Shown here: one piece after another, positions 38,299-47,095 of the stretch
How positions within the stretch are numbered: position 1 is the stretch's first letter
Layout of the letters: the number at the start of each line of letters is the position of its first letter
Source: an uncultured Verrucomicrobiae bacterium
Lineage (GTDB): Bacteria; Verrucomicrobiota; Verrucomicrobiia; Chthoniobacterales; JAATET01
Direction of reading: 5' to 3'
NCBI GenBank assembly: GCA_963719495.1
Contig: CAVRCI010000003.1
Coordinates: 32,001-96,000 of the forward strand
Length of the DNA stretch: 64,000 bases
The notes under the pieces: model-generated
Databases searched by the model: none
Told to the model about the DNA's origin: nothing
Seen by the model: the letters and a program-made list of their open reading frames with translations, nothing else
Translations under genes and position numbers: made by a program

Positions 38299-38872
38299 CA
38301 GAACTCCTGACATACGCTTGGAGGACCGAAGGCAGAAACGAAAAAGAAATGGCGGTATTTTTTGGAATTTGAAGACAATCGAGAGGCTTGCCTCTCTGAA
38401 TCTCTCGATTTTCAGAGCGCGATCCGGCGCGAAGAACCGTCAGCCGACTGGAGGGGTATGTTAGGAGTTCTGAACTCCAATCTGGCAAACAGTAGGCTCG
38501 CCACGCCACCCCCTCATCTCCCGATAAAATGATGCGGCCGCTACATTTTATTGGGGAATCCGCTGTGACGTGGCGACACGAAAAACGGTGCGCTGGCCCG
38601 GGGGGTGCGGTCCTGTCGAAGTTCTCCGCGGCTCGAGCAATTTCCTTCGCGATGGCCCCGCTTCTCGTGCGCCCCTGCGAGCTGGATTTCCCGCCAAGAG
38701 CCGCGCCTCGCCTCTCACTTCCAACTTCAATCGGGCGAACCGTAGGCTCGCAGCGCCATCCGCTGATCTCCCGATAAAATGATGCGACCGCTACATTTTA
38801 TCGGGAATCCGTTGCGACACGAAGACACGAAAACCGCCAGCCAACAGGTGGAGGGGTATGTCAGGAGTTCTG
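38299..38872. mobile_element. MITE/IS remnant family 2 (574 bp) with an internal duplication
   Basis: Perfect 17-bp TIRs CAGAACTCCTGACATAC / GTATGTCAGGAGTTCTG; 5-bp TSD AAGAT (38294-38298, 38873-38877); extra right end at 38456-38472. Confidence 0.8.
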
Positions 38873-39045
38873 AAGATGCCGATGCCACGTAGCACTGGCT
38901 TCCAGCCGATGGACAGCTCACTTCCGATAGCTGGCATGGCTCCCCTGACTGCGACGTCTCGCAAGCATCCGCCCCCGCCACGTTTTACCGCGCGCCACCC
39001 CACCGAAAATGGGCGGGCAGGAGACTGGCCCGCCCTACCGTTGCG

Positions 39046-39185
39046 CTACGGACGAAAGCTCCGCGTCGTGCCGTTGAGCGGATCGACCTGGAGGGCGGCG
39101 AAGTTGGGCGGCAATGGCTCTGTCGAACGCTCGGCGGCGAGCGTGACGTGCCAGCTCTGACCCAGATCAAGATCGGTCGAGCCAG
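39046..39185 (-). pseudogene. Orphan 3' end of a second Verru_Chthon cassette D gene
   Basis: GSTDLDLGQSWHVTLAAERSTEPLPPNFAALQVDPLNGTTRSFRP* aligns with the D C-terminus LPPNFAVVAIEPINARPTVFRP*. Confidence 0.8.
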
Positions 39186-39812
39186 TCAGGGACGAAACAC
39201 CGTCGGGCGGGCGTTGATTGGCTCGATCGCCACCACTGCGAAATTCGGCGGCAACCCGGTAACGACCCCGTCCGTTCGCGGATCGGCTTCGGGCACCAAC
39301 GTGAGAAATGCCCTGTTCGACGGTGCAACCAGGCTGCCCGCCGGAGTGAAGAGCACCTCGGAATACTTCACCGATCCGCGGGGCTTGGCTTCGGTGAGGT
39401 TGTTGTAGATGTCCAGCAAGGCGGAAAATTTTGCATCGCTCTTCACGGCCACGCCCGTCGGCAGGCGACGCTCGGGATTCACGGGTTTCCAGGAGGCGGC
39501 TACCGTCGGGTCGGAACTGCTGCTCGGCTTGTCCCAAATCTGGTAACTGCTGAAAATTTCACCGCCGGTCTCATCGCGGTAGAAACGGATCGCGACTTGC
39601 CGGTTGAAGGTGCTCGCCCGTTGGTGCGCGAGGCTGACCGCGGCGGAAATTTCCTCCGAAGCCCCCGTCATGTTGATTCCCTCGGAAAGCCCGCGAATCG
39701 CGGGCACCAAGAGCGTCATCAGAATGGCGATGATCACCATCACCACCAGAAGCTCGATCAGCGAGAAGGCCGAGCGCCTGGGATTGCCCATCGGAGAAAG
39801 GAAGCCACTCAT
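39186..39812 (-). CDS. Verru_Chthon cassette protein D (type IV pilin-like)
   Basis: Prepilin motif AFSLIELLVVMVII; C-terminal PPNF...FRP. Confidence 0.9.
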   Translation of the reverse strand: MSGFLSPMGNPRRSAFSLIELLVVMVIIAILMTLLVPAIRGLSEGINMTGASEEISAAVSLAHQRASTFNRQVAIRFYRDETGGEIFSSYQIWDKPSSSSDPTVAASWKPVNPERRLPTGVAVKSDAKFSALLDIYNNLTEAKPRGSVKYSEVLFTPAGSLVAPSNRAFLTLVPEADPRTDGVVTGLPPNFAVVAIEPINARPTVFRP

Positions 39813-39817
39813 GTTGT

Positions 39818-42800
39818 TCAGGGCGCGAATTGCACGGTTGAGAGAACGCGCCAGCGATACCAGCGGTCGATTGGAACGTAATCGCCACTGAGATTCACCT
39901 GAGTGTAATCGGGAATGTCCGGCGCGTTGGTGTCGAGAAACCGCTCGATCGTCGTCGCGCCCCGGTATTCTCCGACCACCGCGTCGCGCGCCTCATCCCA
40001 CTCGTTCCAGCCGCCCGACCCGGTCCCAGTCTGACGCAATGCCTGCACGCGGTAATGGACCGTGTAGGTGTTCGACTTCGTCGTCACCCGCGAAAGCAAC
40101 GCCAGGTAAGGCTGTTCCCTCAAGGTGTCGGAGGTGAGACGACGGGTGCCCCACCACGTCCCGAGATTGGCACCCGTCTGCCCCTCCGGCACGATCGACG
40201 CCGCGCTGACCTGAGTAGCACTCCGGAAAATATCGCCAGCCGCGAAGACCTTTTCAAATTCCTTCACCGTCTCATCGCGGTCGATCGGGTAGCGAATGCG
40301 GTCCGAAATTGGACCGATGTACTGACTGTATTTGTAAGACTTACCACCCGTCGCCAGTCGATCCTCGACCGCCGAAAGCATGAGCGGCTTCAGAGCCCCG
40401 CGGAGAGCCGTCGAGCGCTCGATGTGCACGAAGGGCATCATCTGAAAATTCAAATTGACCTTGCCCGCGGTGGACAGCGGATCGCTGATCGGAAATGGCT
40501 CGACCACCGGCATCCAATAGTTATCCAAATACAGGTGGTCTGGAGGCGACCCGAAGCCCGGATGCGCCGATCCGCCGGCTGGCCGTGGATTGAAGAGCAG
40601 CGTTTGCCACGGTTGCAGATCGCCGGAGGAATTTGCCGTAACGAGAGCACCCAGTTCTCCAGCCGACGGAACCGATCGGTTGGGTTCAAAACTGTCCCCC
40701 GCCCCCACCCGGCCAAGATACTTGTCCCCAAAATAACCACCGAAATTTTTGTTGGTATCGCCGGAATCCGACCTGGGGAAAAACGCCCCATCGACATTCG
40801 CACCGATCCCACTTTGCCAGTCGCCCAAGGTGCTGCCGTCGCTCATCCGCGCGCCGCCAGTGAAACCAGCAGGAATGACTGGGGCAGAGTATTCGTTGAA
40901 GGAAATTCCAGGCACGAGGGTCGAGGTCGCCCCAATCACATCGATATTGGTCAAGCGCTTCACTCCATTTCCATCGGCCTTCCACCCATACTGATTCGGA
41001 TTGATATATTGGCTGATGGACGAGCTCCGCATCGAGTGGGCAAACCGCCCCGTCACCGCAGCAGCGGCAGGACTACTGCCCGTGCCTGAGTAAGGATTCG
41101 ACGCCGTGCCGTAGCCGGAAACGGAAGCAAATGTCGACGCCGTGGGACTGATGGCAAGAAGGCGAAAGTCCCCGCGGGTGGAACCATCCGTGGGTGCCCA
41201 CTCGACGGCACAGACGACATCTCCGGGTCGAATGACAAGTTGGGAATTCGAGTCGCCGTTCGTATTACCGACGAGTCGATTGCGCACATCGAGCAAATCT
41301 CCGTCCTGGATACTCGACTGATCGATCGGCTGCTGACGCGGATGCGAGATCGGCGTCACCTTTCCTCCGCTGAACCGGGTGCCTGTCGATACGTGCTGAG
41401 GCATCACGAACGACGCGTCGGGAAACGAAACGCTGAGTCGCTGATACTCGTTGGCGTTCTTCCAGGATTTGAGAATTACCGTGAGATTGCCACCCGTGAA
41501 ATTGACCGTCGGCCCCGTCACGGGAATCGATGGTGACACAAACGGGTAATCGGTATCCTTGTCCCCACCGCCGCTCTTGGCTTCCTTGAGATTGCTGAAG
41601 CTCGAGGACACGTGAGGCTGCATGTTGCCGGTTCGTGGTGCGGCGTAATTCGCAAAAATTTGAAAACTGCCGACGGAGTCCGACGTTCCGGTGGCGCGGT
41701 TGCCCTGCCAATTGTAGCTGCCGTAGCGCATCGCTGTGGAAGTCGATGTCACGAAGGCAGTCCCGTTGAGACGCAACGAGTTCAGCCCCTGTATCTCGAT
41801 TTCTCCGCCGGGGACGACACTGGGCGTTCCCTGTGCCGCAAGGTAGGGTTGGAAAATGAGGAATGCGCGCGCCTCGAGGGTAACTTGGCTAACGGCATTC
41901 CCTAGATTTGGATAGCTTGTGGCCGACGAAGTTGGCCAAATTCGGGAGCCACTGCTGTTAAAAACCTCCGGCGATTTTCCATCACTCACCTCGTAACGTC
42001 CATCTGCATAGTTGTTGCGCACCTTACTGGCCATGAAAACGATCCCGATCTGACTGATCGTGACATTACGGCCCATCCCCATGGCACTGTTGCTGACTTT
42101 GGCGGGGATCACGTAGTTGCGCGGTCCGGCAGACTTGTCGTCAATGATCCCATTGTTTCCCGGACGGATTTCCACCTGGGGATCAGCGGTGGTGACAGAG
42201 TAGCGATAAGTCACCCGATCGCTCGAACTGCCAAAGCTCAAGTAATCGCTGTTCGTATTGGCACGGACCGTGTCGAAGACTTGAGCCAGCACCTTGTCGG
42301 CACCCCCGGCACCCCATTTATCGAAAAAGCTCCTGCCGTAACCGGGGATTTGCGTTCCGGAGAGCGAGCGGACGTAATTGAAGAGCTGTTGGTTCCGTGA
42401 GAGGTCCACATCGGCAGTGGGCGAATCCGCAGGTTGATCGGCCACGTAAAGTCCGCCGCTGGCGATTCCCCGCTGGAAGGAATAGGAAAAATTCCCGATT
42501 CGAGAGCAGAAATCAATCAGCCGATCCTTCACCGTGCGATCGGTCGTCGCGGTTTGTTGCGGCCAGAGCGAGACTCTCGGGGTCCCGAAAAGCGTCGTTT
42601 CGGGAGCCCGGTTTTGCGCCGTCAAAAAGAAGGACCGCTGCGAAAGAAATTGTGCATTCAGGTCCAGATTCGGTGTTCGGTCGGGCTTGAAGAGTAATTC
42701 GTCCGAAGTCGCGTAGAGGCGGTCACTGTCGGGAATCAAAGGCGAACCCTTCCGAAATTCGCTCTGGTCGCTGGCGGGCCACACCTGAGTGTTCGTCTCC

Positions 42801-43930
42801 TCGCTGGTCCCCGGTCGACCAGTAGCCGACGTCCGCTGCGCGCCGCCCTTCGACGATTCGTCCGCGCTGGTGGCGCTCCCGGCGATCCTGGGCGTCAGCG
42901 CGTAGTAATTCGCCAACGGCGCGTAATACCCATCGGGATTGCTGACCGCGGACGAGATCGACGTGGCGTCGACGAGCGACGCCGGTGGTTCGTAATTGGT
43001 GGAGAGCGACTTGAGCACCGGACTCAGGCTCGTCGTCGAAGGGTGCCCGACGAGCCGCTGAAATTCTCCCCGCACCGGCATCGCGATCGACATGCGAACC
43101 TCCGACCATGTCGTGGCTTTGGGAACGTCCCAGAAGCTGCCTTCGCTGGCGGTGTTGATGTTCAGCTTGCAGGTGTCGTCGTCGGCCCAGAAGGCGATGC
43201 GTCCAACGATCGGATTCGTCTGGTCCGGCCGGGGGGTGGATCCCGAGAAACTGGCTCTGCCGCCGCTGCCGCCGCTGGGAGCGGCCAGTTTTCCATCCCT
43301 GAGAACGTAGATCCACTTCACCGGCATGGGCAGGCGGCGGGTGGCGGCGGTGGAGATGCTGGTGCCGGGGACGGTGGTGGCTGCCGAGAAGCCTTCGACC
43401 GCGCCCGCACTGACGTCAACGGTGGGATCAGTATCCACGACCGCCGGATCGGCGATGGGGAATACCGGAGTGGCGATAAACGTCGAGGCATTTGCCGGAT
43501 CGGGTCGCTTGACCACCGCCGGTTCGTTGAGGTCGGTGAAGAGAGCGGGTTGTGTATTCCAACCGTTGATCGCCGCCACTTCCGCATTGACTTCGGCTGT
43601 GCCAAATCCCGACACCACCATGTTGTCGGAGGAGTAAAGTTTGTAAGCGGTGACATTGCCGGATGTATCGAACGATCTCACCATCCCCGGCTGCGAAGCC
43701 CAACCGACGCGGGGTTGGATGGTGGCGTCGCGAACCTGCCCCTGCACGATATTCACGGCGGTCTCGGCGAGCCGCAACGTCTCCTGCCCACTCGCGAAGG
43801 CACCTGCATTCTGTTGATCGGTGCGCACGGTGACGAACAAAGCCAAAACGATCGCTGACAAGAGCACGAGAAACGTGAGGGCGATCACCAACGCGGCGCC
43901 GCGGGACGGAAGGGGGAATCTCTTTTTCAT
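39818..43930 (-). CDS. Verru_Chthon cassette protein A (large PilX/PilC-like protein)
   Basis: RGAALVIAL, WASQPGM.R, YKLYSS, MPVKWIYVLRDG, GRIAFWADD..CKLNINTASEG, TTKSNTYTVHYRVQ. Confidence 0.93.
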   Translation of the reverse strand: MKKRFPLPSRGAALVIALTFLVLLSAIVLALFVTVRTDQQNAGAFASGQETLRLAETAVNIVQGQVRDATIQPRVGWASQPGMVRSFDTSGNVTAYKLYSSDNMVVSGFGTAEVNAEVAAINGWNTQPALFTDLNEPAVVKRPDPANASTFIATPVFPIADPAVVDTDPTVDVSAGAVEGFSAATTVPGTSISTAATRRLPMPVKWIYVLRDGKLAAPSGGSGGRASFSGSTPRPDQTNPIVGRIAFWADDDTCKLNINTASEGSFWDVPKATTWSEVRMSIAMPVRGEFQRLVGHPSTTSLSPVLKSLSTNYEPPASLVDATSISSAVSNPDGYYAPLANYYALTPRIAGSATSADESSKGGAQRTSATGRPGTSEETNTQVWPASDQSEFRKGSPLIPDSDRLYATSDELLFKPDRTPNLDLNAQFLSQRSFFLTAQNRAPETTLFGTPRVSLWPQQTATTDRTVKDRLIDFCSRIGNFSYSFQRGIASGGLYVADQPADSPTADVDLSRNQQLFNYVRSLSGTQIPGYGRSFFDKWGAGGADKVLAQVFDTVRANTNSDYLSFGSSSDRVTYRYSVTTADPQVEIRPGNNGIIDDKSAGPRNYVIPAKVSNSAMGMGRNVTISQIGIVFMASKVRNNYADGRYEVSDGKSPEVFNSSGSRIWPTSSATSYPNLGNAVSQVTLEARAFLIFQPYLAAQGTPSVVPGGEIEIQGLNSLRLNGTAFVTSTSTAMRYGSYNWQGNRATGTSDSVGSFQIFANYAAPRTGNMQPHVSSSFSNLKEAKSGGGDKDTDYPFVSPSIPVTGPTVNFTGGNLTVILKSWKNANEYQRLSVSFPDASFVMPQHVSTGTRFSGGKVTPISHPRQQPIDQSSIQDGDLLDVRNRLVGNTNGDSNSQLVIRPGDVVCAVEWAPTDGSTRGDFRLLAISPTASTFASVSGYGTASNPYSGTGSSPAAAAVTGRFAHSMRSSSISQYINPNQYGWKADGNGVKRLTNIDVIGATSTLVPGISFNEYSAPVIPAGFTGGARMSDGSTLGDWQSGIGANVDGAFFPRSDSGDTNKNFGGYFGDKYLGRVGAGDSFEPNRSVPSAGELGALVTANSSGDLQPWQTLLFNPRPAGGSAHPGFGSPPDHLYLDNYWMPVVEPFPISDPLSTAGKVNLNFQMMPFVHIERSTALRGALKPLMLSAVEDRLATGGKSYKYSQYIGPISDRIRYPIDRDETVKEFEKVFAAGDIFRSATQVSAASIVPEGQTGANLGTWWGTRRLTSDTLREQPYLALLSRVTTKSNTYTVHYRVQALRQTGTGSGGWNEWDEARDAVVGEYRGATTIERFLDTNAPDIPDYTQVNLSGDYVPIDRWYRWRVLSTVQFAP

Positions 43931-45037
43931 CTAATTTTCTGGTTGCACCGAATACTTCGCACCCCGCAGAGGGATCACCTGATTGAAGATGCGGAACGGG
44001 ACGCCGGCGGAGGCCAGCTTGGCGGACAAATCCTCCAGATCGTCATCGAGCTTGTTGGGATCGGTGAACCATCCCGCGTCGAGACGAAGAGCCGTCGGCG
44101 GCGAGGTCCCCGCTCCGGTGATGCGGGCGGCGGCGGCCTCGTCGATCGCCACCATCACGACTCGTAGCATCGGCGGCAATTGAGCAAACTGCAGGGCATC
44201 CCGATCCGTGGCCCGCTTGCGCCCACTCTCGGTGCGCGAATCGTAGGTGTAGTCGCTGGTGATGCTCCAGGGTTGCCACGAAGAATCGATCTCCTGGGCG
44301 TCCTGCTCGGGCAACTCGGGGCGGATGATGAGGGCAAGGATGTTTTCCGCGATGGGTTGGGGTCGCGAAGCACTGGAGGTCAGCCCACCGGTGATCCAGT
44401 CGCGATCGTCACTCGTGTTATTGTCCGTGAACGCCGGGTAGCTCGTGAAATCCTGGGATGGCTGCACGTTCTCAATGAGACGAAACCGCCAGCGCTCCGG
44501 CAGCGGATCGAGAAACGGCGGACGCAAATCCTTGTCTGATCCCCATTCGATGTAATACCCGCAGGCGTTGAGGAGATTCGGCAGATCGGCATACTGGGTC
44601 GACGTGTCCGTAAAGCCGAGCGGTGCGAAGAAAAACACGCCATGGCCGGGATGAACGGCGGCATTCCCCGGCAAAATCGACGCTGTTGGTCCACTGAGAT
44701 AAGCGAGGTCGCTCGCCCGACCGTATTTCGCGGGAACGAACAAACCGTCACCCGGCGTCCGCCGGTCCCAGGACGAATTGTAATAATCGAGATGTGTGTT
44801 CACCGTGGCCTGCGCCAGACGCCGGGTCAGCGTGTCGTAGGCGGTTCTGGCCCCCGCAAACATCGTGACGGAACTCGCGGTCGATCTCCATATCTTGAAG
44901 GTGCTGTCCGTGACCGACAGCAGCATGATCGCAAAAACGGCTAGCACGGCCATCGTCACCAGCACCTCGATGAGCGTGAACCCCGTCTTCCCTCCGCCCG
45001 ACCCGAAGCGGCTCACGCACCAGTTTCGGAACTTCAT
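43931..45037 (-). CDS. Verru_Chthon cassette protein C (pilin-like)
   Basis: GFTLIEVLV, LAQAT.N...DY, FF.APLG, LLNACGYYI, QLPPM.RV.MVAIDE. Confidence 0.92.
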   Translation of the reverse strand: MKFRNWCVSRFGSGGGKTGFTLIEVLVTMAVLAVFAIMLLSVTDSTFKIWRSTASSVTMFAGARTAYDTLTRRLAQATVNTHLDYYNSSWDRRTPGDGLFVPAKYGRASDLAYLSGPTASILPGNAAVHPGHGVFFFAPLGFTDTSTQYADLPNLLNACGYYIEWGSDKDLRPPFLDPLPERWRFRLIENVQPSQDFTSYPAFTDNNTSDDRDWITGGLTSSASRPQPIAENILALIIRPELPEQDAQEIDSSWQPWSITSDYTYDSRTESGRKRATDRDALQFAQLPPMLRVVMVAIDEAAAARITGAGTSPPTALRLDAGWFTDPNKLDDDLEDLSAKLASAGVPFRIFNQVIPLRGAKYSVQPEN

Positions 45038-45039
45038 TC

Positions 45040-45540
45040 TCACTGCGTCGACGCGTTCTCGGCCTCGGAAAGCAGGATGCCCGAAGTGGGGACAGCGGCG
45101 GCAATGGCTTTGCCGCTGGGATTCTCTACAGCCCAGAGCGCCGCACGCCTCAGGGACTGCGAGGTGGAACCACCCGGCAGCGACACCGGCAAGACCTCCA
45201 GTTTGGAAGAATAGACCGTCAGATTGGACTCGGCTGATTCCAACTCACGCCCTTCACCATCGAAATTGCGCTGCCCCGTCGAAACGGTATCGAGGACCGC
45301 TCCATCGGTCAGCAACAACTCCGCGACAAGTCGCTGCTGAATCTGCGCCAGGACGGTGCTCGCCTTCGAGTCCTGGTGCGTCTGCATTGCCACGGGCAAC
45401 AACCCAAACAAGGCCATGATCGCGAAAGAGAAAATCCCCAGTGCCAGCGTGACCTCGACGAGGGTGAAAGCGGAGACTGAGCGACCGGTCGTCTTCGGCG
45501 ACCACGCTATCGAGGATTGGGGAGAATCTGGCATCAGCAT
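45040..45540 (-). CDS. Verru_Chthon cassette protein B (pilin-like)
   Basis: AFTLVEVTLALGIFSFAIMALFGLLPVA and FDGEG; start 45540 or 45534. Confidence 0.9.
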   Translation of the reverse strand: MLMPDSPQSSIAWSPKTTGRSVSAFTLVEVTLALGIFSFAIMALFGLLPVAMQTHQDSKASTVLAQIQQRLVAELLLTDGAVLDTVSTGQRNFDGEGRELESAESNLTVYSSKLEVLPVSLPGGSTSQSLRRAALWAVENPSGKAIAAAVPTSGILLSEAENASTQ

Positions 45541-45555
45541 TGGGGGGACGCCGTC

Positions 45556-45619
45556 AATATACGCACACTCTCCCCGACCCGTGAGGCGAAACGCTCCAAT
45601 CCGATTTTTTACACGTAAA
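45556..45619 (-). promoter_or_regulatory. Site TTTACACGTAAA (45608-45619) plus -10 TATATT for the pilin cassette
   Basis: The -10 begins at 45561, 47 bp from the site. Confidence 0.82.
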
Positions 45620-45670
45620 GCCCAGCCCCCGGGGTTCCGACCGACGACCCGCATCCCTCCCGCCGCCGGT

Positions 45671-45724
45671 TTTACGGTTAAAACCAAGTGGGCGTTGACG
45701 CCCCCAGCGTCGTTTCCACAGGGT
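45671..45724 (+). promoter_or_regulatory. Degenerate site TTTACGGTTAAA (45671-45682) plus promoter for the dehydrogenase
   Basis: TTGACG at 45695 has the same offset from the site as in three other promoters; CAGGGT at 45719. Confidence 0.6.
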
Positions 45725-45807
45725 GGTGCCGGGGAGCGCCCCCCTCCGCCCAACCCATCGCGACCGGCCTCCGGCATCACTTTTTCAACCGCGAAATCCT
45801 CTTTTCA

Positions 45808-47043
45808 ATGCCGGACAAATTCCCTGACCCGAACCCCCGTCCCCTCCGCGTCGGCGTGGCGGGAATGGGCGGGTATGCGGCCACGATCATCCGGTCGCTC
45901 TCGCAGGCCGGAAGCGAAGTGAGGCTCGCCGCCGTCTGCGATCCGGCCCCGGACTCGCACGCCGAAGCGGGCGCGAACCTTCGCGCCGCCGGCGTCGAAA
46001 TCTTCGACGGTTTCTCCGCGATGCTGGCCGGTCCCATCGATGCCGTGTGGCTGCCGGTTCCCATCCACCTGCACCGGGCGTTCACCGAAGAAGCACTGCT
46101 GGCCGGGAAGGCGGTCATGTGCGAGAAACCCGCGGCCGGCAGCCTGCAGGATGTCGACGCGATGATCTCCGCCCGCGACCGCTCCGGACTCCCGGTGCTC
46201 GTGGGGTTTCAGGACATCTACACCGATTCCACGCGGGAAGCGGGACGCCGCCTCGCCGCGGGCGCCATCGGGCGCATTCGGCGGGTGACCCTCCTGGGAG
46301 CGTGGCCTCGCGACCCAAGCTACTTCCAACTCCGGAGCTGGGCGGGGAAACTCCGCCACGCGGAGACCTGGGTCCTCGACAGTCCCGCCCAAAACGCCCT
46401 CGCGCATTTCCTCAATCTCGCACTCCATCTGGCCGGATGCTCTCCGGAGGGGCCCGCGCGTCCCGTCGGCATCGAGGCGGAACTCTACCGCGCCAATCCC
46501 ATCGAAAACTACGACACGTGCGGACTCCGCGTCCGGTTCGACAACGACTCGACGCTGCTGGCCCTGCTCACGCACGCCTGCGAGGAGACGATTCAGCCGG
46601 AAATCCGCATCGTGGGTGACCGCGGCGAGATGCGATTCCGCGCGTGGAAATCGGTCACGTTCGACGGACCGGATGGCCCGAGCGAATTTCCCGCCGCGAC
46701 CCAGTCCCACCAACCCATGATCGACACCTTCGCAAAGATCGCGCGCGGCGAGGCCCCCATCGGCAACGCCGCCACCCTCGAGTCGGCGCGCGTCCACACT
46801 CTCGTGATCAACGGCGCCAGCACCGCGACGCCCGTTCACACCGTGCCTTCGCGCCACGCCTCCGGCGGCGGCGTCGCCCCCATCGCCATCGAGGGCGTCA
46901 CGGACCTGATGCGATCCTGCGTCGAGACCGGTCGGCTGCCGCACGAGACCGACGCGGCGGATTGGACGCATCCCGCCGGCTCGTGCGATCTGCGGAAGCT
47001 TCGAGAGTTCGTCGGCCCGGCACCCGCCCCGATCACCGCGTAG
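45808..47043 (+). CDS. Gfo/Idh/MocA family oxidoreductase
   Basis: LRVGVAGMGGYA, P..LH, VMCEKP. Confidence 0.92.
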   Translation: MPDKFPDPNPRPLRVGVAGMGGYAATIIRSLSQAGSEVRLAAVCDPAPDSHAEAGANLRAAGVEIFDGFSAMLAGPIDAVWLPVPIHLHRAFTEEALLAGKAVMCEKPAAGSLQDVDAMISARDRSGLPVLVGFQDIYTDSTREAGRRLAAGAIGRIRRVTLLGAWPRDPSYFQLRSWAGKLRHAETWVLDSPAQNALAHFLNLALHLAGCSPEGPARPVGIEAELYRANPIENYDTCGLRVRFDNDSTLLALLTHACEETIQPEIRIVGDRGEMRFRAWKSVTFDGPDGPSEFPAATQSHQPMIDTFAKIARGEAPIGNAATLESARVHTLVINGASTATPVHTVPSRHASGGGVAPIAIEGVTDLMRSCVETGRLPHETDAADWTHPAGSCDLRKLREFVGPAPAPITA

Positions 47044-47095
47044 CGGTCGACGTGAGGAGACCCCGGACCTCGAGCGTCGTCACCTCCGCTTCTAC
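47040..47095. repeat. GTAG...CTAC REP doublet filling a convergent intergenic gap
   Basis: GTAGCGGTCGACGTGAGGAGACCC...CGTCGTCACCTCCGCTTCTAC. Confidence 0.8.

Noticed and set aside
38231..39170. Short ORFs in the repeat region as genes or a transposase
   Set aside because: No transposase motifs; the translations merely mirror the DNA repeats.
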